Assembly: GCA_973895155.1 (NCBI GenBank)
Contig: OZ316892.1
Coordinates: 8,796,148-8,860,147 of the forward strand
DNA length: 64,000 nucleotides
Direction of reading: 5' to 3'
Source of the DNA: Marsupella aquatica
Taxonomy: Eukaryota; Plantae; Marchantiophyta
Within the stretch, counting starts at the first letter, position 1. Every line of letters begins with the position of its first letter. Below the pieces are notes generated by a model, which was not told where the DNA came from, did not search any database, and saw nothing but the letters and a program-made list of their open reading frames with translations. Made by a program: the position numbers and the translations under genes. Shown one piece after another: positions 50,165-64,000 of this stretch.

Positions 50165-50572
50165 TTTCTTGCCTCACCTTGACATATTTTTCTCTCCTCA
50201 ACACCTTTTCCTTACTTTGATGTTTTTTTCTCATCTCGCCTTCTTTTTCTCACCTTAAAATCTTTATCTCACCACGACATTTTTTTCACCCTGGACATTT
50301 TTTCTTTCCTCAACATCTTTACCTCACCTCAACTTACATCGTTTTCTCATCTTGACATCTTTTCTCTCCTTGATATCTTTCCTCATCTTGACATCTTTTT
50401 CTCACCTTGATATCTTTTCTCACCTTGACTTATTTTCCTCTCCTTGACATCATTTTCACTCCTTGAGATCTTTTCTCACCTCGACATATTTTCCTCACCT
50501 TGACATCTTTTCTCACCTTGAGATCCTATCTTTTTCTCACCTCAACTCATTTTTCTCACCTCAACATCTTTT
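50165..50572. repeat. Low-complexity minisatellite, ~19-20 bp unit
   Basis: TT(C/T)CTCACCTTGACATCTTT repeated about 15-20 times with variation. Confidence 0.8.
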
Positions 50573-52007
50573 GTGCAATGCACAGGCATTGGGCTAGTAT
50601 GATTATGATTCTACAAATTGGGTAGTCATATAGTAAACAAGTACCCATTTCCACTTCAACAATTGGGCACAACTATTCTGGCATTTTCTCAGGGATTGAA
50701 TGGCAAGAACCCCACTAATTTGAAAAATTACAACACCTTCATGGCACAAACCTTCATTGTCTTGCCATGCACAAAGAGAAGTTGTCACAAATGTTCAATT
50801 TGCATAGAAAATTACATGTTGTCAAGGATAATCATATACATGACAACAAGATATTCAATTTCCTTCAAGTTGTCTGAATGGACAGTATGAGATTGGGGCA
50901 TTCCGTAGAAACTAAGCACCTTGCAACATGTCCTCTAAGCTTTTCCTTGGAGATGCTGCATTGGGGTGTCTCAAAGTTCCAAAGTAGACAACTGTTATGG
51001 GTTACACGACACATCCTCATTGTAGCAAGGTGATAAAGAGATAAATGACTATTTACTCCTTAACAACTCGATTTCGTTCCGGTTAGGAGTGGATAAGATC
51101 GAAAAGACCTAATTAACACGATTTGAGAAGTTTACACCAACATTCTTAGGTTGGAGAGATTTCTAATGATCTCCTTAACATAAGTGTTTAATCACAAACT
51201 CAAGTGGGTAATCCTTAGGATTCACAGTGCAATAATAAAGACTAGAATTAACAAAGATTGAAACTAGAGAGAGAGTAGATAGGAGTTTTCAAAGTGCAAG
51301 GGAATTGAATTTCTGACCATCACCACTCCTTCAATAAGGATTATGGCCTAATTTAAGATTCAGAAATCAACATTTTCTATGCTTTTTGATTTCTCGTAGC
51401 AACTCTTCTCAATCTCTTGAATTTAGAAGACAACAATGTAAATCAACCCGGGACACTTTTCTGGTTTTGCTTAAGACGGTACTAGGATACTCGAATTGGT
51501 TTACTTCTCCTACAATCCTTAAGATTGTTTGTTTGAGTTTTGTATAAATGTCAATTTCCTCTTTGGTGAATCTTCCAAATGTATTGATCACAAATCTCAT
51601 TGATCTTTCAATATCATTAAGGCACACTCTAGCATACATTGAACATTTCACAACAACTCAAGGGTTGCTAAAACTTCTTCCTTTTACTCAACCATGGTAA
51701 AGAGAAGGGAAGAAAGACATAGATTTCTCCAAAATCAAAATGGGGAAATCAAATGCATCTCTCTCCTCCGGGTTGACTTTGGGTTCTCCTCCTTTTGTAC
51801 TAAAAGTGGAGATTATGAAAAGACATGCCTTTTCAAAACCCAAGTCTAAAGAAGTATGTAATTAAAAGTAAACTATCCTAGTCAAAAATAGAGTAGAGAC
51901 TACAATGGATCTATCAACAAAATGCTGGAGTCTACTTACTCATATACTAGTCTACATAGCCATTTCTAGGTCTAAACTAATGTGGCTCTAACTCTCTAAA
52001 TATAGTT

Positions 52008-53840
52008 CTATTCAAGTCCTATCTTCTGGGAAGGATTCTCCTCAGGGTTGGCCATAGCAAGGGGTTCTGGCCGAAGGTAAACTCCCTGCTGGCCAGTGGT
52101 AAAAGGAATGGACGGGTCAATATCCATGTTCTCCTGATGGGCACTTGGGTCATGAGAATAGGTGTAAGAATGAGAGTGGAAGTGTGTACTGGGAGTGGGG
52201 AAACCAGGAGGGTTGAGGGGTGATGAGGGGCCAGTGGAATAGACTCCTTCATGAGGACTAGGAGAGAAAGATCTGGTAGTAAAGGGAGGAATCTCAGTAT
52301 TAGCTAATAGCTCCTCAGTAGTCAAGTCACTCATCTCCCTTAAGGCTTCACAGGTCTTTGAGAGGCCTGTAAGTGCATCATCCACCTTGGTACTCACATC
52401 TACCACTAAATGGTTAATCTTGGAGAAAAGGATGGGTGTGGTGTTCTTGGCCAAATACTCATCATAAATTTGGGCCTTAAGAAGATCCAGAGAAGCTATC
52501 TTAGTCAAAGGCTCAATCAGATCCAAAGATTGAGTGATACTGAGTTGGAGAGTATGCTCAAGCTCATTCTTCTTCTTACTCCTTTCCAACTGCTGTTTGA
52601 GTTCAGATACCTTCTTCTTGAGGAACTCATTCTCCTTCTCCAACTTCTTCTTATCTGTGGCATCACTCATGGTGGAGATCTTCTCAAGAATCTGCCCTGG
52701 TTTCACTTCTAGCTTCTGCGAAATGTCGGTGACGACCTTCTCCATCACAGTGGTCTTCCTCTTCACCTTCTGGAACGTGGCTGAGATGATCTGGAAATCA
52801 GCTAGGGTGTCTTGGGAGGCATGGCTGGGTGCATCCAGAAATTCAGCTGGGTCGACGAAGGCCGGGTCGGAAAAGTCCGGGTCGAGGTTCCGGGCAGCAG
52901 ACCGGGTCTTTCGAGGATTTGTCTCTGCTGGCTCCTCATCCTCACTGTCATCAGAGGTGGCCTGGGTGATATCTGGATCTGTCTCTCCATACTTGATAAA
53001 GTTGTACTTGGCCAATAGTAATTTCTTCTCCTCTCTGAACAAAACTCCTTCAAAGCTATATAGATGTCCCAGGTAGCAGGAGAGGGGAGTAGGACTCTTG
53101 TTGGATAGGTTCTGTACCAACTTCCTTATCAAATCAAAGATAAGCTTAGCCCAGTTGACTTTTCTTTCTCCCTTGTAAGCAGCAACAATGGTAGAGCCAA
53201 CTCCAACAGTAACTCTTCTTGGCTTCTCAGGGTATAGCAGGGGTAGCAAAAAATTGAAGACTCGTCTCAGATCAGGATCCAAACACTTAGAAACATTGAA
53301 CCCGTCCTTACTGTTGATGGCTCCTTTGAAGTAAGGAAGGATTAGATTGACAGCTCTTCCCACTGGACCTTCTCCTTCATCTTCCAATACAAAAGCTCCT
53401 GCAATCATCATCTGAGTCCATCGCTCAGGTCGGCCTCTGGAGGTATCCTTAAACTCAGCCGGACACTCCTTGGATCGGATCTCTCTGATCATATCTTCGC
53501 TCTGATAACTCCAGGGTAGCTCCATCAGAGACTCACAGCCCATCCTGAGCAAAGACTCCCTCAATTTGACCTTCTCAGCTTCACTGTCCGGAATAGCTGG
53601 CCTCAGAATTTTCATGGCAATAGGGACCTCCTTTCTCTTCGATCGTCTCACAGGGGCTTTAACTGGAGTAGGTGCAGGTGATGTTGAGGTTGAATGCCCC
53701 TTAGAGACGTTAGAAGTGGACATTCCGGCTGGATCCGTCCCTTGCTCCATAGGACTTATCAAAGCAGCAAATGGATTCCCAATAAATGGCCTGCCTCCTC
53801 GTCGACGAGCTCTACAATGCTGCGACTTCAGAATGGTCAA
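52008..53840 (-). CDS. Intronless 610-codon ORF of unknown function with a coiled coil; probably a transposon-associated accessory ORF
   Basis: Uninterrupted 1.8-kb frame in gene-poor repetitive DNA. Heptad region KKKLEKENEFLKKKVSELKQQLE, acidic linker and Pro/Ser-rich tail. No catalytic motif recognised. Confidence 0.55.
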   Translation of the reverse strand: MTILKSQHCRARRRGGRPFIGNPFAALISPMEQGTDPAGMSTSNVSKGHSTSTSPAPTPVKAPVRRSKRKEVPIAMKILRPAIPDSEAEKVKLRESLLRMGCESLMELPWSYQSEDMIREIRSKECPAEFKDTSRGRPERWTQMMIAGAFVLEDEGEGPVGRAVNLILPYFKGAINSKDGFNVSKCLDPDLRRVFNFLLPLLYPEKPRRVTVGVGSTIVAAYKGERKVNWAKLIFDLIRKLVQNLSNKSPTPLSCYLGHLYSFEGVLFREEKKLLLAKYNFIKYGETDPDITQATSDDSEDEEPAETNPRKTRSAARNLDPDFSDPAFVDPAEFLDAPSHASQDTLADFQIISATFQKVKRKTTVMEKVVTDISQKLEVKPGQILEKISTMSDATDKKKLEKENEFLKKKVSELKQQLERSKKKNELEHTLQLSITQSLDLIEPLTKIASLDLLKAQIYDEYLAKNTTPILFSKINHLVVDVSTKVDDALTGLSKTCEALREMSDLTTEELLANTEIPPFTTRSFSPSPHEGVYSTGPSSPLNPPGFPTPSTHFHSHSYTYSHDPSAHQENMDIDPSIPFTTGQQGVYLRPEPLAMANPEENPSQKIGLE

Positions 53841-56800
53841 TCGCTTCGGTGTCGACCAATGGTAGAAATGTCCGGGTCGACCTGGCTACGGCGTTTCTGA
53901 TCAACTGACAAGTGCTTCTGGAAACGTTGATCAAGATCCCGTCAATCAGAATTCAGGTGCATCGAACGTGGGGCAAAGATAGACTCAAACGGGCCTGCAA
54001 TGTGGATGTCCGGATCGACCTGGCCTTCCTTGTCATCACCGATGTATGCACGATCAGAATCTCAAACTTCCTGCCTTCACTCCCAGCGGCGGAGTAGGCA
54101 TTCCTCTCACAACGATTCAGTCAGTACCCTCATATCCAGGCTCTCATCAAGAAATTCAAGATTGGTCCTATAATCCGGACCCAAGATCCTCTACCAAAAG
54201 GGTAGAGCCTCCTCACTCTACTGCTTTAACAGCCTAATGCGCTCGGGAACTCAAAACCTACTAAGTTCGGCTTTGAGAGGTGTGAGAGGCCGGATCGACT
54301 CTCCTTCCTTATATCCGGATTCTGCTGTGGTCGTGCTTGTGTTTGACTTATGGTTTTAAAAACTTTGGCAATGGACAGCTGTTGTTGAGTAGAGTCTCGG
54401 TATAAGCTTTATATCTCATTCCAGGCTTATAACAAAAAGTTTCGGGTCGATCCTCCTTCTCTAATATCAATCCGGGTTGACCTCAGATGGGCTTGAAAGT
54501 CTCATAACACTTCAAAGTAGTCTTCAGGTCCCTCTTTAGCCTCATTTGAGATCTTAAACTTAAAAATTCAAAAATTTATGGCTAGTTAACCCTTCCTTCA
54601 TAAACATCCTTATCTCACACTCATGGACTTTGAAAATACTGTTCTCTAACTTTTTCTTCTTAATAGACATCCATAATGCATGACCATGAAGGAACTTCAC
54701 AAACTGGGTACAAAAAAAATCAAAAACCACAAAAGAATTCACCTCACCCCAAGAATAGTTCTGGTCAGATGACATGTCCAGAACCTGTTTGCCATATTGC
54801 TATTATAACAAGCCCCGAAGATGTAAGACTTAGTTAGTTCCCATACATGCAGTGAAACACATTGCACTTGAAGCAAGGAAAATTTGGACACTCTGCTTTG
54901 GAGTTCACATGAAAAGCCATGAAGGAGTCAATCAACATCACTCCTTCACGTAGTATTCTTCAAGAATGAGGCTACAAGAATTTGGGGATGCCCTAGAGGA
55001 GGAGTCTTGGTGAGTCCTTGGACCATGGGAAGTTCTTCTATTGGTTGTCAAGACATGATATGGTTCTTGGAATGTTCATTTGTTTGTGGAGGTTCTTGTC
55101 TAAGTCTCCATAGTCCAGTAGTTTGTTGGCGTTACAAGGACAGGCAATGCTTTACATACAATCCCACCAAAAGAAGACTCATCTCAAAGTGAGGGGCTAG
55201 ATACTTCAAAGTCTAGAATGTACCCTAAGGAGTGAAGAGGTAGCTGGAAAGAGAGAGTAGAGGCTTGGACTGCAGTGAGGCATTGAAAACTTAAGAGAGC
55301 CTTGGAGGACTGAGTTGAAACTTCAATCGGACAAAGAAGACATGCAGTCCACTCGATATCCCAAGCAAGGACATATCTCTGCTGTAAGGAGCTTTACCAT
55401 TCTCCAATTCAATCAGCAAATGATCCATAGACAAAGCAATAAAAAGCAAGATAATTGTCAAAAGTCAATATGAACAGAAATCTTTCAAATTTAATGCACT
55501 TGACCTGTTTGCTCTCCTAAGACCTAACATAACTTGCTTAGATGAAGAGCTTCTAGGAGGCATTCCTGTTGGGCTAAAACTCGTTGATTGAATAGGTTTG
55601 GAGAAAGAGACGGGTTTTGAACGAAAGAAGAGCTCACTTCTGACTTGCTAACTGTAATCTAAGATTCTCGGAGTCCTTTGATTGTTTCATGGAGAATACT
55701 CATCAGGGCCCTTGATTACTAATCAATATACTTGAATGTATTGAAACAAAAATGTAGGTGCCATTAAAGGAATGCAAGCTAAAGAACAAGTACAAAAATA
55801 TCAAATCGACCATTAACAGGTCAGATGTGGAAACAAATGTGGTTTGAAAGTTGATCATGTTTTGCGCATGTTGGATTTTCTGCCATGGATTGTTAACTGG
55901 CTTGATCTTTCTTTGACTTCTCGCTTCTAGAGTCTTGCTTAGCATATAAGGATGTGTGCTTTGATATATTCAATGATTCCGAGCATTCTTTGATTGAAGT
56001 TCATAAATTAGGTCATTCCAATGACCAGGGAGGATATAGTAAATGCATATGAAACAGCTGCGCTTTAAATAGTTTGAAATGTAGCAATATGAAGCTAATT
56101 GATGATTACTTTTGGGATCCCAAATCTATATAATTTTGCAGTGGCTTGAGCGTATTGAGGGTGACCGATAAGTTTGCTGAAACCAAAGCTAGTATCCTTT
56201 GATTCCCATAAACATGTAGTGGATATCTTGTACAACAATTAGATCCCAGCAGCCAGGTGAAACAATTTTAAGTTGTGTTTCTACTTTCATTGGGCAGTGA
56301 ACAAGGAAATTTGAATTCTTTAAATTGTTACTTACACATATTATGTTCTTGAGAGTTTCTAGTGTTACATCTTCCTAAAGTCTGTCTACTACAAAACTTG
56401 AGCTCTCTAAGCTCGTCAAGAACAAACCTATTTTTTTCTTTTAGTGTACTCTGTTATCGTTATCATTGGATTCATGCGATGAAAGTAGTCAGTCAATCCA
56501 TTTCCATGAAGGAGGATTTAGCTCGGATAATTATGCACATGCTCAACATTAACCTCATAGGCCCTTGAAACAGCAAACACAATTATTTACAAGCATAAAA
56601 TTGGAGATCAGACTGACTATAGAATTGGGCTTCTGTCATTTATCTTGCTCAGCCTTTTCTTTAGCCAACGAGTCGATGGTAGATTTCTTTTAGGTCAACA
56701 AGTTAATTACCAAAGACAGACTTACAGTGTGTTTTGGTCAAACTGATGTTGCAACTCCTTCAGGTCTTTGTCCATTTAAGTACATCAGTCGGCGAATTTC

Positions 56801-58399
56801 TTGAGTCCTTGACTTGAGTTCTCAAGATGCTCGATTCAAAAAGGAGGAATTCTTCAGGCGAATGAAACCTGCCCTTCTGATCAAAATTGTGGAAGAGGTA
56901 ATTATGTAATTATGAATGAAAATGGCCAAAATTATAAACTGGCACCTAGAGATTAGGATTCTAGGAATTTCAATTTGGAGCTTTTTGTAGAAGTCAAGTT
57001 GGATATTAGATCAAGAGGCAAGGTGCAAACAGAAAACAAAGCAAGGTGTAGCTGAGGAAAAACTTATTGATTTGAAATAATTGATTGTGACTCTTTGTGC
57101 AGAGTGAAGTAGAAGTCTTGCTTCTTGATTTGAGAGACACCGAAGAGTATCAAATATGCCATATCAAAGGCGGTAGGAGTAGCACTCGACATCATTGCTT
57201 AAATCCTTGTGCTCAATGGACATACCTTTGTGGTGTTTTTTAATGAACTAGCTTGCAAAAAAATATTCTTGTACATAACTTGTTGTTTTTGTCCTTTTGA
57301 TGGCAAGTAGTATATTTAAGTTCAATACTAGAAACATGATATGACTGTCATTCATTAATCAAGTCAGATTAACTAATCAGTTTTCAGAAATGAGTAAACT
57401 CTATTCCATGTTCAGCTTTCAAAATTCCTACTAATTCACTTTTGTAAGAGATTGCAATGCCGAAGCAAACTGCACCAATCTTCTCGCCGACGATTAATTC
57501 ACTTTATCTTTTCAATTTATTCTCAGACTTTACACAGTTCATCAATAATTGGAATGTTGGAGATGACCATAACAACTGGTTGTTTTAGCTCTCTACTGAT
57601 GTATGTATTGTCTGCAGCACTCTCATATCCAGCAGTTAATTTGAAGAAGTCAGTGAATTATTTCTCTGCAGACATTCTAAGCTTTGTATGCAACATTCCT
57701 CTCGATCTCCTGTTGTTGCTCACTTGATTATTTTTCTTGACATAGATTGCTTAGGTAATAGTTTGAGATTCCTTGAGATACATAGAATACTTTGGTCATA
57801 TACTAGGATTTATTTTGATGGTATAGAGATCACTAAAAAATGACAGAAAGTGACTAAGATTTTTGGGTTGCTATGTTGAGAGTTTAAATGACACAATTAC
57901 TAACCTCATAAACATCAAAGTGGTATCATGAGAATAGATGTCAAATTATACCAAGAGCACATACCTCTATATATCTAAAGGCGGATGATGCAGTGGAAAT
58001 AGATCCATATCCATACTTTATGCTCTTTGAAAAATTTTCATGTTTTGCCAAGGGCTTGATAGACTGCAACAAAGTCATGTATTGTGTTTACATTGCAGAT
58101 CAACAAGGAACCTGAACGGATCATTGTGATTTACGATGATGATGAATATGCCATGGCGGTTAGTTCCTACTCATTCTAGCTTTTTGGCTTTTTGGTCTTC
58201 CCGGGTTTCTTTTGGTTTGGTTTCCCATCTTTATTGCGTTTCTTGCCTTTGGGTCCTGTTTTCCCTCTATGGCGCTTTTTGTTCTTTGCCAGTGTTATAC
58301 ATATATATAATCTATCAAAAACAATAGTCATGTACCTCCAAAGTTTGGTTTATCAAAACAGAACTTTGATTCCAGCTTTTGTTAACACAGGAAGTTCAC

Positions 58400-60500
58400 C
58401 ATCTAAACTCTTTTATCCTCTGAAATACTTACCTCTTCGTTTGAAATGTATTCTTGTTCATCACATGAACAGAAAATAAATTTATAACAACTGGTATAGT
58501 ATTGGGCGACCTTTGAGAGTAGAGTAGAGCAGTCACAAAACTCCGTGTCCAGATAGGAGTACATCTAGGCTCCAATACTTTGGGATGGATATACAATCAT
58601 TTTGGGGTCAAAGGAATCTTTAAAAATTAAGCTTTTTGAAGTGGAACTATGCCCAAGTCAGCCTACATGTTTGCTTAGTAAAAGAGGGAGGGCTGTACAT
58701 TTAGAAAAAATGGAATTGCCTTATCTTGTATCGCTATGTGGAAAAGCTTAGTGCTGATCCCTTTAGTCTGTTTCACATTTTTCCAGAGTGCAGGAAATTT
58801 ATTTTTTGAGAAAGGCGTTGACAACATCTTTGTCCTCCATGGAGGTAATGTTAATTAAATCACGTCCAACTATTGTGGTTTATTTGTTAAAGAGTTTTAC
58901 TCATCCTAGAGATACCCCATGTTAAGATTCTTAGAATGTGTGTGGGGGACAAAATGTCAACTTTGTGTGTGTGCTTTATAGCATAACGCTCTCCATAGCA
59001 GTCCTCATTAAAGACTCAGTCTATGGTTTCATGGTTTAGTTTACATTCCTCTTCCCAACTTTGCTTGACTATGTCAGTTTTCTACCAAGACATGACTTGA
59101 GACACCATTTTGACCATTATTTTTGTGCTCCAACCCCAATTCGGATGATTGGTTTACATGTTGCCCATGGTGTATGTTAGTCAGATCTGTTTTGAGTATT
59201 TGGACGTGGTTTGCAAGTGTGATCTACTGTAGAAAGGGAGATTTCTTGCTTCATCCTGATCCCACCCAAAGGTTTTGAACAATGATAGTTTGTCATTCAG
59301 AATTACAGCAAGTTAAATGTCCCCTAAGTGGATCACCCGTAGTTCAATCTCCTCCAGGAATGAATCAGACTTCTAGGGGAGACTGTTTGAAAATTTATTT
59401 TAATGTTATTTGTATCTCTGCTTAAGAATGATTTTTTCTTGGATGAAAAACCTGTCCATAAACGCTGTTAATTTAGGGGAATTTTATTGTACGTATAAGA
59501 AATCAGATCCATTTCCAAATGACTATGAATGTTGTCATGGCATTTTTTGTACAATTTAGATGTTGTTGTGGCTATAACCACCCCCCTTTCTCTCAAAAAA
59601 CATCAAGAAAACAGAAAACAAAAAGAGAGCAAAGAGTTTGATGAAATGTATATAGTTTCAAGTTATTTGGAATCTTTCTAAAACTGATCGTTCATCTCAT
59701 GCTGCCTTCTTGGGATCACTAAGCAGGTTTGAAAGAGGTTGTCAGCAGGTATCCTTACATGGTTGAAGGACAATACCCCAAGCCTCTTGCTCCCCTTAGG
59801 CCCATTTGTAATACAAGTGTTGGAAGGAGTGTGAAAAGTTCAAAATCATCAACTCCTAATTGGATTCAGAAAAACAAGGACTTGTGTAGTGTGCTGTCCA
59901 CTCCAGCAAGCAAAGGAGACAAACCAGCAAAGCCAAGGCCAGGTTGGGGATTTCCAAGTAGTGGTCCACTGAGTGTATCTTACTCCGACACGAGCAGCAG
60001 CCAACGAGGCTTCTCTCCTATCAAAAGGTGACTAGGAAGTTTCCATAATCTAAATTTTTCTATTGGATTTGGAAGTAAGCTCGTTCCTATATCCGTGGAA
60101 AACAAATCTATTCCGAGGGAGATGACAGTGTTGTTAGTGCTAGTTTTGTACTATAGGAACTCTTGCCTCACAAATGGAAAGGCACTTATTGACTTTCATG
60201 TTGTAGTGAAGTTAATCATAGATAGCAATGAGATATCCTTAGGAGGCCTCTCAAGAGTGATGCCATCAACCTCCAGGCACGTCACAAATTCTAACTCTGG
60301 CTCACTAATAGCAACTTGGAACTTAGAGAATACTTATCTATAGCTCAATTGTTGGCCACTTTGATATCTTGAATGTAATTATAGCACTTGGCTACTGTAG
60401 GTTCTCACCAAATTGTGAAAAGGTTACATTTCAATTTTCTAGGCAAGAACCGCAGATACATTATAGTGTGGTGTGCTTCTGATAATCAATTTCACATACC
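58400..60500 (-). mobile_element. Possible highly decayed L1-type LINE fragment
   Basis: Reverse-strand remnants resembling GDFN (~59320) and D.STKLFH (~58745); no intact frame. Confidence 0.3.
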
Positions 60501-60983
60501 CTCCAGTCTAGAAACATTTTTTTATGACATAGAATGGTGAAAATCTCTATTTAGGCTTAGAACCTTGAAGCCCCAAAGTAGTTTACGGATTCATCTAGTC
60601 TAGACTTATTATTCATATGGATCTACTTAGATTTTACTCTTATGTACATAAGCCATTGTGAAACTTATTCTGCATTGCTCTAGTGTACAATGAAAGTTAA
60701 TACAATGGTGGATTATAACACAGGTCTCGTGAGCTTTGGGCAACTTGTATGTACTCAGAAGCCAGTGTTCATTGAGCTCAAGCTAACAAACGAGGCCGAG
60801 GCACTTATGGCACTAGCTATGGGGCCTGCCCGGGAGACAGTATAGTGGGACCTAGCTACAGGTCCCCTGCAATGCTTTGGTCTGCACACCCAAACATTAT
60901 AGCCCAACGTTTTTTCCCAATGGAGGCAAGCAGTCCTCCAATCCACAGCCATATAGGCTACTTCAACTATATATTTCAAATGG

Positions 60984-61392
60984 CCATGATATGAAAGGCA
61001 CCCAATTGGGAGACATGATCCCACAGGCCAAAGACCCAATTGTAATTGCTTTTGATTGAACTTGTCCACAGCGAGTGCCCAAAAACAAAAGGCACCCTAC
61101 TGGGGGACATGATCCCACAAGCAAAAGACCATGATATGAAAGGCACCCAATTGGGAGACATGATCCCACAGGCCAAAGACCCAATTGTAATTGCTTTTGA
61201 TTGAACTTCTCCACAGCGACTGCACAAAAACAAAAGGCACCCTACTGGGGGACATGATCCCACAAGCAAAAGACCCGATTGCAATTGCTTCGAGTGCCAA
61301 AAAACAAAATGATCCCACAAGCAAAAGACCCAATTGCAATTGCTGCAAGTGCCAAAAAACCAAAGACACCCAGCTGGGAGACATGACCCCAC
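60984..61392. repeat. Compound tandem repeat (~145-bp duplication with GACATGATCCCACA..AAAGACCCAATTG subunits)
   Basis: Directly visible repeats; a separate ~70-bp duplication lies at 61555-61700. Confidence 0.85.
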
Positions 61393-62478
61393 GGAGAGTG
61401 CAGAGTCACCTTTTCCTCAGAAAGGCAGGATGGTTCATGAAGGTCTTAAAGTCCCTTCACAACCCTGGGCGCAAAGGTGATGAAACAGCTCCCTGAACTC
61501 TCCAATAGGGAGTGTCAAAGCAGACCATAACTGAGTTCCGGCCAAGGACACACAGTGCTCTTCCGACCAAGACAAAGTCGTTGGAGCCTATCTAAATACG
61601 AGCCCCATAAGGATGGTACGTCCAAAAGTGCTCTTCCGACCAAGACAAAAACATTACAGCCTACCTAAATACGAGCCCCATAAGATGGTACATCCAAAAG
61701 GTCTGAGCCATAAGACGTTGCTTGGGGCAGTGCTATGACACACCCTAAGGGCACCTTCAGAAACTTGGACTTGCGGGCACCAAACCACCTCACAGAACTC
61801 CCCTATGGCTGGGGTGGTTGGGTCAGCTGGTGGAAGTGCTCTTACTAGACTGAAAACAAACTCACACCCGGTGAAGGACAGTAAAATCTAAGAGTCTGCA
61901 AGGAATTACGTGACACGGAAGGGCCGATAGACATGATTTGGCACTACGGACGCAATAGGTATGATGCCGTGAAGGATACTAGTTTTGGGTACACGTCGCT
62001 CGCTGTTCCTACATTTCCCAAAGACTTTCTTAGCCTACGTCTGAACTCAGTCTTTCATTGGGAAGTTCATAAGAGGTTTAAAAACAATGTTGGGACTAAG
62101 ATCCCCAACTGATGGCAAACTGGCAATGGTGGGCACCAGGAGAGACTTTTGAGATAGAATCTCGTAAAGATCAATAATTGAAGTTTCAACTTGAGACAAA
62201 CAGCAGGAGCACAATAGCGAGAACGAAGCAATACGGTGACGGTGCATCTTTCGTTAAAACGATAGAGTGGAAGGTGATTCCCAATGAATTTGTGTGGAAG
62301 ATAAATTTTCTCTCCTTTTATTGTCTCTTCGACATTTTGGTTTAAGAACCGCAGGAGAAAGAGGGAATGCCAATTAGTTGGATCCCTCAAAATTCGAGAT
62401 TAAAAATAGGCATTCAAAGTACCAGAAAGCTTGCACAAGCCCAAAAATCTGGTACATGGGAAGGCAGAAACAAGGTCT

Positions 62479-64000
62479 CTACTCGTATAACCATTTATCT
62501 GTCTCCTTCTTGTAGGTGAAGAGTTCCTCTGGCTTGAACCAAAGGTTGATCTCAGCCACTGCCGTCTCTGGTCCATCACTCCCGTGAATGATGTTTCTGG
62601 ATCAAGTCAACCAAAACACATCGGCGTCACACTTGAAACACAAACAGTCAATGCCACAAGGAATAGGATATAACAGGATTGGGAGGGTTGTGGAAGTAGA
62701 ACTGAAACACATCCTGATTGAGAATGGCAGACAATCTTGAAATCAAATGTACCTTCCCACAGAGACAGCATAATCTCCTCGGATAGTTCCAGGCTCAGAT
62801 GCTAGGGGGTCAGTAGCTCCGATGAATTTACGTCCATACTTGATAACACCTTGGCCTTCCCAAACCTACAACAGGTGATGAGACTGCAGTTATTATTAGG
62901 ATGGAATAAGAGCTCTAACTGCGATGCAATCAGTCACAATCTGACTAAAGACCATAATCTGATCTTCACGATAATTAGCTGACAACATTGCAGACTGACA
63001 TGCTTCTATTTCAATTATTGGTGTCTTGCTTCAGGCATCCAACCAAATGTTGGCATAAACTTGCGAATTACTAAAAGATTAATTGAAAGTCATTAGTGAT
63101 CTTTAATTCCAATTGAATACAGCCAGACAGCGTAGGACCTAATGCGGACGTCACTCTAAGCAGAGCCAAATCTGTAAGCAGTGAGAAGGAAAGTATAAAA
63201 AACATTAGATATCACTCACCATGGCAATAACGGGGCCAGAGCTGAGAAAGTCTGTCAGCCCATTGAAAAACGGACGTGCCTTCAGGTCATCGTAGTGCTT
63301 CTCTGCAAACTCCTTGGTGGGATGCACTAGCTTGATCCCGACTAGCTTGTACCCTTTCTTTTCAAATCGTCCAATGATATCGGCAATCTGTAAGAACCCA
63401 AATCCATTAATTTACGAATCTGATTTCAATCGAGACACCCGTCGGACAGAGAAACAGGAGGAAAATTTTCTATTTCGATGGAGGATTATTACCAGGCTCC
63501 GTTGAACACCATCAGGCTTGATTGCAATAAATGTGCGCTCAAGCTGCACAACAACGAAGAATCGACATCAGAAAATTATCCTTCTACACTTTCCAGAAAA
63601 TTGAGCTCTCAATTTCCAAAGAAAATTATGTCCAACGATGTCGACGCAAAGAATGGACAAAGGCAGATGGCTGGTTACCTCAGCCGCCTCAAGTTGCTGG
63701 TCCTGAACAGCCCAAACTGCGGATGACACACAAATACCAGTCAGACGTTTCTCCTGCGGTCAATCTTCCATCTTGTCTGAGGAGAATAGAGGACACAGCG
63801 CATGATACACACTGATTTAGTGTCACTAACTGACTCTTTGCATTGGGACACAGAATTTTGAATCTGCTACGCAAAATTTTAAAATGTGAGCGTACCGGCG
63901 GCGGGCAGAAAGGCAGATGCAGCAAACAGGTTTCCGTAGCTCTGGTTGGCTCCAGCTTTGCCCGATGAGAGCACTGCAGGAACTGCTTTGCTGTACCGTG
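62479..64000 (-). CDS. NDPK3: Mitochondrial/plastid-type nucleoside diphosphate kinase 3 (5' end beyond the window)
   Basis: Exons translate ...AASAFLPAA|[13 protein letters not shown]|[17 protein letters not shown]|[15 protein letters not shown]...SSGPVIAM|VWEGQG...PGTIRGD|[12 protein letters not shown]...KWLYE*; the presequence exons are typical of NDPK3. Confidence 0.92.

Overview
Intron-rich eukaryotic DNA from a land plant, most likely a bryophyte or liverwort (inferred from gene structures and repeat types; the species cannot be confirmed from sequence alone). Host genes: two KUP/HAK/KT potassium transporters, ALG14, a NOPCHAP1/DUF4598-like gene, two NDPK3-type nucleoside diphosphate kinases and a TyrRS pseudogene fragment. 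Positions ~8.9-28.1 kb form a transposon cluster. The main discovery is a decayed 9.7-kb Ty3/Gypsy-type retrotransposon (9092-18783, 4-bp TSD GTAA). Its polyprotein reads gag - protease - C5 cytosine DNA methyltransferase - RT - RNase H - DDE integrase - PHD finger. Its repeats are arranged A...B-A-B rather than as two LTRs. A 14-bp Tf1-like self-priming site follows A1, a G-tract precedes B1, and a perfect palindrome (CATGACA-GC-TGTCATG) joins B1 to A2. Together these suggest the true LTR is B+A and that the element integrated as a circularly permuted 2-LTR circle cut at an internal att site; this mechanism is my inference. Next to it, a Copia element sits inside a CRE-like LINE and carries an inverted solo LTR of a sister family in its 5' LTR. 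All alignments and counts were done by eye.
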